A program made the translations under genes and the position numbers. Below, piece by piece: positions 49,747 to 60,432 of a stretch of 64,000 bases of DNA (its first letter is position 1; each line of letters opens with the position of its first letter). Location of the stretch: contig CAVUWV010000028.1 of assembly GCA_963745075.1 (NCBI GenBank), positions 156,530 to 220,529 on the forward strand, written 5' to 3'. The notes under the pieces are model-generated. The model was not told the origin of the DNA, did not search any database, and worked only from the letters and a program-made list of their open reading frames with translations. The DNA comes from Candidatus Hydrogenedentota bacterium (GTDB lineage: Bacteria; Hydrogenedentota; Hydrogenedentia; Hydrogenedentales; SLHB01).

Positions 49747-51946
49747 TTATGGTATCGGGCGGATTTCCAGGAGCGCAAGTTCATCCGGTTCAAGGACGGC
49801 CGTGGATTCTTGCCAGGAACCACTGTCTTCCTCACGCGACTCCCCGAGGGCTCCGGTCTCGCTACAGGGGGTAACGGTGTATTTTCCGGAGCGCGAACCG
49901 AGCCATGGGCTTACGTCACATGTAAAGCGAACCGACTGCTTATGCTCACTCGTGTTCATCAGAATCAGGAGCACGCCATCCGGCCGAACGTAGCCGTTGA
50001 CGCGCGCGTCGGCACACGGGTTCCGAAAGTACGCAATCGCCGACCGGAATGCCCTGTTCCAAGTAAGACCTGTACTGCTCGTGAAGCGATGCACAGGTCT
50101 TGAGCGCCTGACTCAATTCCGGATACTCCGCGATGCGGGCGGAACCGTTGATCCCTTCGGGTTTGGATGGCATGACGTTCATGAACAGATGGTCCATGAA
50201 GAGGCGCTTGACGGTCTTGGGCGACGCCCCCACATTCACGTTGAATCGCGGGGTCGGATACGCGTTTACCAAAGCGCGCCAGTCCAGGGCGTCATCGAAC
50301 AACGCCCAGTTCCAGGTGTAGTCCAGCCAGCGGCTGTCGAGATCGATGTTGTTCAAGTCTTCGGCGCAGAAGGTTGCTTCGGAATTCAGCGCCTTTGCGG
50401 CCGGCCGCACCTTGGAGAAGATGTCTACCAGATTCGGCTCACCGGGTTTGTAGAGGGCTTGGTCCCACGTAATGGAGTACCAGCCGCGATCAACCATGCG
50501 AAGCAGACTTGCGGTGATATCGGCCTGCCACTGGGCGTTGTGCTGATCGGCAAAAGAGCCGCGCGAGGCCTTGCCATAGTACGGGCGCAACATGGGGATG
50601 AAATCCGTGTGGTATCCCCAGTACTCCGCCGCGTCATCCCAACCGTATTTCGCGGGGATGGGATCGAGCATGGTCATGACGGAAACGAACAACGACACGT
50701 TCACACCCATGCCTCGGCAGGTTTCGATGGCTTGGTTGAACTCATCTAACGTACCGAGTTCCGGGGATGGCTCGTCCGGGATTTCCCAAGGCTGCCAAAG
50801 CCAGACGACGATTTCATTCAGTCCGTGCGCCTTGGCTTCCTCGGCAAGCCCCGGCAGATCGCGGAATCGCCATACAACCGTGGGTTCCGCCGGATCGGCA
50901 TTCGCGTACTGTTGGGCCATCCACACGGTGCGATACCCAAGTGATTGGTGCAGGTGCTCGGGCAACGGGTACGGGCGTTGCACGTTCTCTTTAATCCAAT
51001 TGCGAAATGGTTCGATGCCTTTGGCCCAGCCGTGCGCGTGCGGCGTGAGAACGTATTCGGGGCTGGTCCACCGTTCCCCCGGCGCGATGGTGACGCGGTG
51101 CTCGCACATAAGCCGGAGCGTTCCATCAATCTGGGAGCGATGGAGCAGCACGTGATCGGTGGTGGGTTCATCGGAATCATTCAGCGGCCCCCAACTCCAC
51201 AACTTCGGGAACAGACTGACCCCACCGTTCAGACTCCCCAGATCCAACCACCGCGCGGCCATGGATTTGTCGTAAGCCCCGGATTTCAGTTCTTTCCAGT
51301 TCCTCCGCGACGCATACCAGCGGCCGTCGTCCACCGACACATTAAGTTCGCGGAAAGGCTTCATGGCGAACCCGCAGGTGCGCAGTTCCGTGCCGTCCTC
51401 GCCCGCGAAAGGTTGCATACCGTCCAAATCAGGAAAGATCACTTGCGGAATCGCCAGCAAAGATTGATTGTCGATGGTGGCCGTGAGAATGACGCTTCGC
51501 CCGTCCGGCGCGGGTGCGATGCGGACAGTTGCCTTCACAGCGCCTTCGGGTGTGAAGGACCGGCTCATCCCAAGAGCATCCCACGCGATCGTCACCGCCC
51601 CGTCCACCACTTCGACGTGGGCATTCTTGCTGTAGCGCGTGCCGATACGCAGTGGCGCGTAACCAAAACCGGGGTAGGCCGCGTCCAACAGTGAGCCATT
51701 GTCCGGCGTGGCCTTGAGCATCGTCATGCCCGCGTACTCGAGGCCGAGCAACGCGCCGGTATCGGCACTGACCGTTACATAGAGACCATTCAGGTCCGCT
51801 TCGACGACGTTTCCGGGCTCTGCGATAGCAAGAGAGGCTTGTCCCATCGCCGCCACTGCGGTAACTCCGCGCACGACTCGCATAACCATAGTGATGGCTC
51901 CCCCGTGGTTCCTGATCAAGGTTCGCATTCGCCTCCACCGTGCCAT
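49747..51946 (-). CDS. Exported hypothetical protein, glycoside-hydrolase-like, split by a probable indel near 50019
   Basis: Beta-sandwich-like N-terminus and barrel-like middle (EAKAHGLNEIVVWLW, SITWDQ). Removing one base at GGG 50018-50020 continues into the 49747 frame. Start may be 51889. Confidence 0.6.
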
Positions 51947-51976
51947 AAGCGTGCTGCCCCCCGTCCTCCATCAAGC

Positions 51977-52891
51977 CTATACAACGGACTCACGAGACCT
52001 GTTCGCGGTCCACTTCAAATCGTCGTCGGTGATGGCTAAGTCCGCCAAGATTTGTTCGCAGGTCCGCTCGCCGGCGCTCGGATAACCGAGACTTGCTATT
52101 TCGTGCGCGTCGGTACCAAGCGTGAACTTCGTGCCATGGCGCCGCGCTTCCTGTACGAGTTCGCGAAACCATTCCAGCGCGCTGTCCGCATGGCGCGGAT
52201 TGATCTCGAAAGCCATGTCCGCTTTGGTCGCTGCCTTCAGGACCTCGACCAGTCGTTCCTCGTTGTACGCCTTGAGGATCGCGCGAAGCCCCTCATCCCC
52301 CAACTTCTTCCGCAACTTGGCGTGAAAGAATGGATGCCCAATGGTATCGGCATAGCCCAGCGAAGCCGCGCCCATAAGCATGTCCAGGTAATGGTTCGCG
52401 TACGCTTCCGGCGTACCGGGTTCCGGGTTTTCCACGTGACTCAGGTGATAGTGATTGCAGGAGACCAGCACGTAATCGAGCTGCGCCGCAATCTCGTCAC
52501 CGACGGCGCAGGTAGCGGGATCGATCATCGTCGATTCCGTGCCAATCATTACGGTCATGTCCGTCTCGACAGCTTGGGCCTCGGCACGGTTCGCCTTGAA
52601 CTTCCCCTCAAACTCAGCCCGCTGGTCGATCCGATCGATGTGCTCCGAGATGCCCATCAGATCGAGCCCGTATCGGTCGTTCGTGGCGATGATGTCTTTC
52701 ACGACGGCGTCAGCTTTGCCACCCGCGCGCCACGTATGCATGTGCCAGTCCTGACGGATGCGATACGGAGGCGTCTCCGCGCCGCGTGCCCAGAACGCCG
52801 CGCCGGTCGCGGCTGCTACCGCGATAAACTCGCGGCGGGAAAGTGTTCGATACCCCGGCCTTGCCGTGCCATGCATGCGTATATCCCCCAT
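51977..52891 (-). CDS. Tat-exported PHP-domain phosphoesterase
   Basis: SRREFI, DWHMHT, ISEH, IGHP, FEIN, GTDAH. Confidence 0.88.
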   Translation of the reverse strand: MGDIRMHGTARPGYRTLSRREFIAVAAATGAAFWARGAETPPYRIRQDWHMHTWRAGGKADAVVKDIIATNDRYGLDLMGISEHIDRIDQRAEFEGKFKANRAEAQAVETDMTVMIGTESTMIDPATCAVGDEIAAQLDYVLVSCNHYHLSHVENPEPGTPEAYANHYLDMLMGAASLGYADTIGHPFFHAKLRKKLGDEGLRAILKAYNEERLVEVLKAATKADMAFEINPRHADSALEWFRELVQEARRHGTKFTLGTDAHEIASLGYPSAGERTCEQILADLAITDDDLKWTANRSRESVV

Positions 52892-53152
52892 CTCGATTGG
52901 CTGTAAATACGATACACGAGAACCCGGCGCGACCCCAACTCACACAAAAAACTCGATCACGCATTTAGGATCGGTCCTTGTTGCAGCGGACGCGGTGCGA
53001 CGTGTACTCTTGCCGTGTGAGGGTTGTATCGGTCGCATTTCCTTCGTCTGGCATATCCGGTCGCAGGACGGTTTATGCCAGGTAATCGAATGAAACGCAG
53101 ATCAGAATCTTGTGTGCAGTTGTAGATTCTACTCTGGGAAAGGAGAGAAACA

Positions 53153-53455
53153 ATGGCAGCAATTGGAATGATTCTGATGTTGGTAGGCTGGTTGGTCGCT
53201 CTGGTGGGTGGCATCATGATACTGATCAAAGCGTTTCAGGCAAGCATCTGGTGGGGATTGGGATCGCTCTTTATTCCTTTCGTGATTCTAGTTTTTGTCG
53301 CCCTAAACTGGGAAGACTCGAAACAGGGTTTCCTGATTTGGCTTGCGGGGTTCGTTGTCGCCATCGTCGGAATGGTACTGGGCGCTATGTTTGGCGCGGC
53401 CGCGAGTTCCGACATGGGTACCCCCATGGGGCTGATGCTCATGCTCGTGCGTTAA
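53153..53455 (+). CDS. Small hypothetical membrane protein
   Basis: AAGGAG RBS; AFQASIWWGLGSLFIPFV...FVALNWEDSK; three hydrophobic segments. Confidence 0.8.
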   Translation: MAAIGMILMLVGWLVALVGGIMILIKAFQASIWWGLGSLFIPFVILVFVALNWEDSKQGFLIWLAGFVVAIVGMVLGAMFGAAASSDMGTPMGLMLMLVR

Positions 53456-53560
53456 CGTCAGAAGTCGTTGGACCGGAATGTTGTTCCCTGCGGTGCGGCC
53501 ACGTGAGCGATGGTCGCGCCGTTTCTTTTCAAGGAGAAGCAGGCGAGCGCACGAGGACGG

Positions 53561-55774
53561 CTACGATGGTTTCCTCAGCTTGGTTTGAGACTGCGCTAAC
53601 TCCAAAAACTCCGCCGTCGTGATGACGTAGTCGTATCCGGTATCCCGGATCTCCTTCTCCCGGGTAGACTCTCGAGCGTTGTTGGTCGCGTCCCGAATGC
53701 ACAGCGTCGCGTAGCCATGTTCTTTCGCGGACTTCGCGCTCTTGCCGAGACAGGCGCCCGTGTGTCCTCCGACAAATACCAGGTTCGTGACGCCAAGATT
53801 GCGCAGTACGAAGTCGATGCTGCTTGAACTGAACGCGTCTTGTCCGGTCTTCGCGATTACATAATCGCTGTCACAAATACCGAACACTTTGGCCGGCTGC
53901 GAACCCGGCTGACCGATGAATCCACTCCATTTGTCGTAATCCGTGCCGTGTTCTTTGAGCATCGACTGCCGAATATCCGGGTCCAAGTCCATCCCGTTCT
54001 TGAATCGATAGCCCCAGTGGATAAATACCATCGGCAATCCCAGACCGCGACAGGCGTCAGCCACTTTTACGGCGTTTGGCAAGGCCACGTCCCACGCAAA
54101 ATCGTTCGCCGCGTTCACGTCTTCGGCCGTGAACCCCATCTCGCGCCACAGTGCCGGGATCTGATCGTATGTGAGGGGTTTTGGCCGGGTGCCTTCTTGG
54201 AGATCGATCGACACAAATGCGCAGTGCTCGAAAAAAGACGCGTCAAGCCCGGCTTGCGCCGCTTGCAGGGATTTCAGTTCGTCGCGCAGTCCGTCGATGG
54301 ACAACGTATCCCCAAAAGGTTTGATCGATGCCTTCGCGTAGAGTTCGACCAGCCGTTGCGCGTGACCAGCCCCCAAATTCGCGTAGTCGAGGAGGCCTTG
54401 AACCACGTCCCTCCGTTCGAGGGCCGCGAAGTTCAGGCGGTTCATGGGTTCGCCCGTCTTTGCCAGCGTCGCCATTCCATCAAGCTTCCCGACGTATCGC
54501 TGGAGCAGCCGTTCGAGCTTGGGTCCGTTCAGAATGGAGGGATCCGGTGTGGCCTTCTGATAAGCCTCAGCAAAGCCGTAAGGCGTCGTATTCCACTTAT
54601 ATCGCGAGTGCGGCGAGTAAGGTTTCGGGGAACCCTCGTCCAGCACGACCACATTCCACTGCTTGTCTTCATCCCACGGGCGGTTCAGTTCCGGCGGTGG
54701 CGGCGGTTCCTCTTCTTCCTTGAGAAAATACGCCAGCTTGATTTCGTGCATGCCCTCTTGAAGCGGCATCTTGACGACGTTCAACCGTTCTTTCGGAATG
54801 CATTCGTCGACACGGACGCGCGCCTTCTTGCAGAGGGTCAGTTTATCGAAGTCGCGCACGTAACCTTCCGGGAACTCGGCGGGATCGAAGGGATGCTCGA
54901 CGTTGCGGAACATTTGGTCGATGGGAACCAGCATATCGCCGGTTGCGCACTGAATCATGACCGGGTTCGCGATCCGATCGAGATAGGCGATGGGACTGAC
55001 GAGATAGTAGGCATCCGCCGACAGGTCCTTGCCAAATACGTCCATCGACTGCTCGATCAGCACGGAGACGATGTATACGATCGGCAAGGGGCTCTTCTTC
55101 AGCGCTTCGGCGCCCTCGACGCCGGACATGGGGTAGCCCGAGACCGGCCTGTTGGCATCAAAGTAGTTGAGGTTGTATGCCCAGTTACACACGGGCACGT
55201 CGGCCGTGGTCGCGCAGACCGGGAACATGTCCGCGCTCATGGCGAGTGCCATGTAACCGCCCGCGCTGCCTCCGTCGATATGGAGATGGGCGCGGTCAAT
55301 AAAGGGCAACCGGCGCACCCACTCGATCAGGGCGCGCGACAGGTTGTTGCTGTCGCCGATGCAAAGCTCGAGAGGATACTCGCCGTTATCCCGGCTCCCG
55401 TAGTGCGAAGTCGCCACCGCCCAGCCCCGTTCGCACCAATGTTTCGCGCCGCCCAAATCTTTCTCGTAGTGCACGTGGCAGAGCGGCGGTACCGGTTTCC
55501 CCGACTCCAAGTCCTGGCGCCGGATGTAAAGGCGACCCTGACCGTTCTTGGGGTTACCCTCGATGTCGCGATAGGGGATTTCGACGGTGGCGTACCCGAA
55601 GTCCGGGTCTTTCTCGTCAAGCCCATACTCAACGACCGTGACGGCGCCATCGATTCCCTGTTCGCTCTGAATGTACCCTTCGAGAAAGTTGGGTTCCGCA
55701 AAGACCGTGACGGCCGCGATGGCAAGCACTGCCATTATTAGTATCAGTCGCAACGCTGCCCTCTCACGCATCAT
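53561..55774 (-). CDS. Exported alpha/beta-hydrolase domain fused to a C-terminal isochorismatase-like cysteine hydrolase
   Basis: Signal peptide, GGSAGG nucleophile elbow; C-terminal SIDLQ, AKTGQDAF, GGHTGACL (Asp-Lys-Cys triad). Confidence 0.8.
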   Translation of the reverse strand: MMRERAALRLILIMAVLAIAAVTVFAEPNFLEGYIQSEQGIDGAVTVVEYGLDEKDPDFGYATVEIPYRDIEGNPKNGQGRLYIRRQDLESGKPVPPLCHVHYEKDLGGAKHWCERGWAVATSHYGSRDNGEYPLELCIGDSNNLSRALIEWVRRLPFIDRAHLHIDGGSAGGYMALAMSADMFPVCATTADVPVCNWAYNLNYFDANRPVSGYPMSGVEGAEALKKSPLPIVYIVSVLIEQSMDVFGKDLSADAYYLVSPIAYLDRIANPVMIQCATGDMLVPIDQMFRNVEHPFDPAEFPEGYVRDFDKLTLCKKARVRVDECIPKERLNVVKMPLQEGMHEIKLAYFLKEEEEPPPPPELNRPWDEDKQWNVVVLDEGSPKPYSPHSRYKWNTTPYGFAEAYQKATPDPSILNGPKLERLLQRYVGKLDGMATLAKTGEPMNRLNFAALERRDVVQGLLDYANLGAGHAQRLVELYAKASIKPFGDTLSIDGLRDELKSLQAAQAGLDASFFEHCAFVSIDLQEGTRPKPLTYDQIPALWREMGFTAEDVNAANDFAWDVALPNAVKVADACRGLGLPMVFIHWGYRFKNGMDLDPDIRQSMLKEHGTDYDKWSGFIGQPGSQPAKVFGICDSDYVIAKTGQDAFSSSSIDFVLRNLGVTNLVFVGGHTGACLGKSAKSAKEHGYATLCIRDATNNARESTREKEIRDTGYDYVITTAEFLELAQSQTKLRKPS

Positions 55775-55852
55775 GATATGAGGTGCCCCCTATACCTGGC
55801 CGGCCCGAAACAACGCCGCATCTTAGCACAACCATTCGCAACAGAACCCCTC

Positions 55853-55877
55853 TGGAGGGCGGGTTTTCCAACCCGCC
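55853..55877. repeat. REP-like palindrome, copy 2 of the 12745 family
   Basis: TGGAGGGCGGGTTTTCCAACCCGCC is the reverse complement of the 12745 motif with 2 differences. Confidence 0.7.
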
Positions 55878-55946
55878 ACACAAATACCCGCCGGAAGAAT
55901 CTTGATTCCCAGGATCGACCCGCCTAACATGAGCTTGTGGTACAAT

Positions 55947-56258
55947 ATGGATACATTCATACGTATAAAGCGGCTGGTAATCGCTCGAAGCGTTTTGTTC
56001 ACGCTGAAGGCAGAATGCGAGATGGCGGCAGATTCCCTTACGCCGGAACTCGTTTATGAATCGATTTTGAATGCGCCTTCTATTCTCAAGACGCTACGTT
56101 CTCGAAATCCCCGCACCGGAAAGACCGAACGGTTGTACGTGATCAAGGGACTGACGTTCGACGGATTGGACGTCTACACAAAGGGAAAGATACAGTCGAA
56201 ACAAGGAATTGATGTCTTCTATGTCCTCATCTCATCGAAAAGAAGCACCGATGTCTGA
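55947..56258 (+). CDS. Putative MqsR/DUF4258-like RNase toxin
   Basis: Basic 103-aa protein (VLFTLKAECEM...LYVIKG...VYTK...VLISSK) overlapping a downstream zinc-finger gene. Confidence 0.6.
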   Translation: MDTFIRIKRLVIARSVLFTLKAECEMAADSLTPELVYESILNAPSILKTLRSRNPRTGKTERLYVIKGLTFDGLDVYTKGKIQSKQGIDVFYVLISSKRSTDV

Positions 56259-56454
56259 ACCACTACCGTGCCCATCGTGCGGCAAGGAGCGCTTGGTTCG
56301 TGTCATGGAAGACTGCACGTTAGACGATGGGGTGATCGTACGGCGTCTGCGACACCTCAAGTGTGAATCGTGCCAATCGCGGTACTTCGACGACGACGCC
56401 ATGCACCAAATTCAGATCGCGCGCGAAAAGAATACTTCCGCCACGCGCACGTAG
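56251..56454 (+). CDS. YgiT/MqsA-type zinc finger protein, putative antitoxin without HTH
   Basis: CPSC...CESC...YFDDDAM; 67 aa. Confidence 0.8.
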   Translation: MSEPLPCPSCGKERLVRVMEDCTLDDGVIVRRLRHLKCESCQSRYFDDDAMHQIQIAREKNTSATRT

Positions 56455-56661
56455 ACTTCAGGACGAAAGTAGTACCTGACGCCTGCTGCTTTGGCCCCGC
56501 TGACATCTCCCAATCCCTTTATCGTTCTGTGTTGTACCGCCCAACTGGCCTTCACACGGCATCTATTGCGAACTCCCCCAACGGCTGGAAACCGTGCTAT
56601 TGTACGTGACAAGGTTGGCCGCAAATCGCGCTGTCGCGCTACAACGCAGGGGAGCGGATCA

Positions 56662-58049
56662 ATGACCGAACACGCAACAGCAGTTCCCGGTCGGAATGGG
56701 CGTGCAATCATAACCTACGCGCGGGGGTGGCAGACCCTCGTGGCGACGCGGAGCCTCGGCCTCCACGGCGTCGAAGTGGTCACGGGCGACGAGTACGCCA
56801 TGACGGCCGCGTCGTTTTCGCGGTACAGCATCGCCGAGTTCCGGTACCCGAACGTCACGAAGGACCCGCAAGGGTTCCTGGACGCCCTGGAAGCCGCGGT
56901 CATCCAGCACAAACCCGAGAATCCGGAGACTCCCTACGTCCTCATGCCCATTCACAAAGAGACCTACCTCATCGCGCGGCACCGGGACCGCTTCGAACCG
57001 CACATCCGCGTGCCCTTGCCGGATATCGACGATATCGAACGGGTCCACAACAAGGGCACCCTCGCGGCGGACGCCATCGGACGCAGTCTTCCCGTACCCG
57101 CGACGTGGTTGCCGACGACGATTGCCGAATTCGAGGCGTATGCCGGCGAAATTCCCCTCCCCGCGTTCGTAAAACTGCGCGAATCGGCCGCGGGCGTCGG
57201 TATACAGAAGGTCAAAACGCGCGACGAGTTGGTCGCGACATTTAAGGAGTTCGTCACCCATTTTAAGTTGAAAGAAGGCGATTTCCCCATCATCCAACAG
57301 GCCGTGCCGGGCGAGGACTATTGCGTGACGGCCCTGTTCGACCGCGGCACCCTCGTCACGTCCATGACCTACCACAACCTGCGCGCCTTCCCGGCGGAGA
57401 AGGGCGCGGGCGTCCTCCGCGAAACGGTCCAGGCGGCCGCCATGGAAACCATCACGCGGGATATCCTCGGGCCGCTGGGCTGGCACGGCGTCGCGGAACT
57501 CGATTTCCGGTGGGACGGCACGCCGGAGGGGCAGCCGGTCCTCATCGAGGTCAACCCGCGCTTCTGGGGCGGGCTCATCCAGGCCGTCGAATCGGGGTGG
57601 GACTACCCCTGGCTCCTCTTCCGCCTCGCCGTGGACGGGCATGTATCCATGGAAGAGCAGGGCCGCTACGACGTGCGCACCGAAACGCCCTTGCTCGCCT
57701 TCCTCGCCACGCTCCAAGATATGGCCGACACCGACACCGGCATGGAAGCCCTCCACGCCGCCTGGAACGACGTCAAGACCGAACGCAAACGCGCCGGAAA
57801 ACGCGCCGCGATCAAAGAACTGTTCCGCCACGCCCGCGGCGTGGCAAACACCGCCAACACCCGCACCCGCTTCCGCGAAGCCAAAAACTCCTCCAAGACC
57901 ACAAAGACAACGTCTACGACATCCTCGCCAGCCACGACCCCCTCCCCGCCCTCGGCGTCCTCTACCCCCTCGCCGTCTTCCTCAAACACGGCAAGGTGAA
58001 CATGGAGTTACTTACAGGCGAAAGCGGGCCGGGCAGTGGGGATGAGTGA
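56662..58049 (+). CDS. ATP-grasp domain protein, probable indel near 57885
   Basis: TRSLG, HNKG, FVKLRESAAGVG, IIQQAVPG, WHGVAELDF, IEVNPRFWG. Adding one A to the run at 57883-57887 continues into KLLQDHK...DPLPALG. Confidence 0.88.
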
Positions 58050-58203
58050 CGGCGGGGCAGAGCATGCATTGGCTCACCGACGACGATATTCGGCGACTTA
58101 TTGAAACGCAAACGGTAGAGTGTAAGTAGTCACTAAGCGAACGGAATGAGGGACTCAAAGATCTGAACGCTATGGTCAACGCAGACACGGCGTACGGCGA
58201 ACT

Positions 58204-58656
58204 CTACTTTGCCATCTCCCCAGACGGAACCGGCCCCGCACCGGCCGTAAATGGATTAACGACAGACACGCCGTCGTAATTTTGCCCGGCGTTCAGGTCT
58301 TCACTCCAGACGGTATGGCAGCCCATGCGTTCTGCCGCTGCTATGATGGCCGCGTCCCAGTAGCTGATCTGGCAGCGCTGCCGCAACTCCACCGCTTCCA
58401 TCACCAGTTCGTCCGTGATGGGACAGACGGGAATGCGGGCCAGCGACTGCAACAGCACGACCGCATCATCGTGCGTCATATTCAACTTGTGCTTTGACGT
58501 GGCGACCACGTAGAACTCCGCGAGCACCTGCGCCGATAGCGCCACGTCCGACCGATCAAGCAATTCTAGGGCCAACTCGCGGCGTGACTGATCCGCCGCT
58601 GCGTTGGAAGCTGCGTAGACGAGAATGTTGGTATCAACGAAGAACGTTGCGGTCAT
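58204..58656 (-). CDS. vapC: PIN-domain (VapC-like) toxin
   Basis: FVDTNILVYA, SAQVLAEFY, SYWDAAI, WSEDL, VVNPF. Confidence 0.93.
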   Translation of the reverse strand: MTATFFVDTNILVYAASNAAADQSRRELALELLDRSDVALSAQVLAEFYVVATSKHKLNMTHDDAVVLLQSLARIPVCPITDELVMEAVELRQRCQISYWDAAIIAAAERMGCHTVWSEDLNAGQNYDGVSVVNPFTAGAGPVPSGEMAK

Positions 58657-58886
58657 AGAGTTCCTCGCGACGCAGCGGCCCAACGGACTCGGTGTTTCGG
58701 GCCCGCACGCGCGCGAACAAATCCTTCATGGGGATGCGAGCTTCTTCCTCCTCGCGGACCGCTCTCTCCATCCCTAGGCTTCTCGCGAATCGTAACCTCG
58801 ACCTCCGTCCCCGATTCAAATGGAACGCCGGCTAAGCGAACCTCGCCTCGACCCTCGACTTTCGCAGATGTTTCATAAGTCTTCAT
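58634..58886 (-). CDS. VapB-like antitoxin, probable indel near 58773
   Basis: AbrB-like N-terminus (MKTYETSAKVEGRGEVRLAGVPFESGTEVEVTI) in one frame; a typical REELYDR tail overlapping vapC in another. Confidence 0.7.
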
Positions 58887-58959
58887 ATCAACCATCCACC
58901 AGCATTGGCTGATTCTATCCATTAGCGACCACTTGGCTCAAGCCCCCAAGGGGTAAGTC

Positions 58960-60036
58960 TTAGCTACTCGCGCGCTCATACGACAAGATCCTGACCTCGA
59001 CAGTACCACCTCTACTGCTATGTCCGAATAGTAATCTAATTTCTTTAGCAAGAGACGGTGGAATAGTAGGATACACTGGATAAAGTCCACTGGTAACATT
59101 CCTGCCACCCGCATAACCTTGTTTGGGAAACTCGAAATTCTCGAAATCAACTGGTTGTTTATTGGCATCGTATAGAATCACCGTTCCGCTAATGTTGGTT
59201 ACCGGATACGAAAGTCTATTGACCAGAGAGAAACTCATTCCAACACTTGCGCGCTGAATGTTTGTCACAACGACGCCCTCCGAGTCGGGACTCCCGAGGC
59301 TCTCCACCAGAGATTCCTGGACGTTCCCTCTGCTTACGGAACTGAGCGTCTCAACCTTACCATTCATTTTGAGTAGCTCTGATAGATAGGACGAAGGAAT
59401 TGCGAAGTTGAGATTCTGCCCGTCTTTGATCGTGGCCACCGCTACGCCGATAACCTCTCCCCGCGAGTTCAGAACCGGTCCTCCGCTACTGCCGGGTGAA
59501 ATTGGCGCAGTCAGTTGCAGAACCTTATCAGAGCCAGCACGACGAATTCCGCTAACAATGCCCTGTGAGAAGGTGCCTTCCAGTCCCTGTGGGTTCCCAA
59601 CCACATATACCGACTGTCCAACTTCAACCTTTTCGCTGTCACCGAGCATCAGTTTCTTAAATCCTTTTTCTGCGACCTTCAATACGACAAGATCACGGCG
59701 TTCATCTTTGCCGGAAATACCTTCGATCTTGTACATCTTTTCGTCGCCCACAACCCGCACGTACCCGCTCGCTGCTCCTTCGACAACGTGAGCGTTGGTT
59801 GCGACTTGTTCGTCCGAAACAAAGAACCCACTGCCCATCCCAAGCGGCTGTCCCTGCGAGTCCTCCACAACGATTAGGACCGTCGACTGCAGTGCCAGCT
59901 TCGCTACTTGTTGTGCTTCTTGCGCTGCCGCAATTTCCAAACACAACACCGCCCCCAGGACAGGAAGTCCTATGCCGACTCGATCATGTAGGCAACGCTT
60001 CCACGTGCGCACGGTACACCTCCCATATCGTTCCAC
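58960..60036 (-). CDS. Exported trypsin-like (S1C) serine protease with a C-terminal FxLYD-like domain
   Basis: GSGF, TNAHV, DLVVL, ISPGSSGGP; no PDZ domain; C-terminal VILYD. Start codon uncertain. Confidence 0.9.
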   Translation of the reverse strand: MERYGRCTVRTWKRCLHDRVGIGLPVLGAVLCLEIAAAQEAQQVAKLALQSTVLIVVEDSQGQPLGMGSGFFVSDEQVATNAHVVEGAASGYVRVVGDEKMYKIEGISGKDERRDLVVLKVAEKGFKKLMLGDSEKVEVGQSVYVVGNPQGLEGTFSQGIVSGIRRAGSDKVLQLTAPISPGSSGGPVLNSRGEVIGVAVATIKDGQNLNFAIPSSYLSELLKMNGKVETLSSVSRGNVQESLVESLGSPDSEGVVVTNIQRASVGMSFSLVNRLSYPVTNISGTVILYDANKQPVDFENFEFPKQGYAGGRNVTSGLYPVYPTIPPSLAKEIRLLFGHSSRGGTVEVRILSYERASS

Positions 60037-60166
60037 GAAGATCCTGGCACCATCTTAACCACACCCCTTTTCCCGTGACAAAGGGGAATGACTGTGCACG
60101 TATCCACGATTTATCCCACCGCGAACAGGGCAAATCTCCCCAAAACACCCGCTGAATTAAACACTA

Positions 60167-60394
60167 TCAGATCTTGCTTCGGTTCCGAAGTTCGGCCTTG
60201 CCCCATCTGCACCATTCGTGAATCTCGTCGATCAGCGCAACCGCAGCATTTTCAACCTCCTGCTCGGAACAACATTCATTTGTCAGGCAGAACCTGCCGT
60301 CCTCTGTCAAGTTCCCCGTGCCCAAAACCATCTCTACTGTTGGCGTCCCCCCTGACTTAGCTTCGCCATGCGCAAGGCCAGAAATTCTGTTCAT
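60167..60394 (-). CDS. Small hypothetical protein
   Basis: 75 aa; AAGGA RBS-like motif and TATAAT upstream; helical C-terminus. Confidence 0.5.
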   Translation of the reverse strand: MNRISGLAHGEAKSGGTPTVEMVLGTGNLTEDGRFCLTNECCSEQEVENAAVALIDEIHEWCRWGKAELRNRSKI

Positions 60395-60432
60395 GGTGTT
60401 TTCTCGATCCTTTTCAATTATAGTCTCGCGCT

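Noticed and set aside
57870..57999. Ser/Thr/Pro-rich tail on the ATP-grasp protein
   Set aside because: Out-of-frame translation after a missing A; the other frame gives a normal C-terminus.
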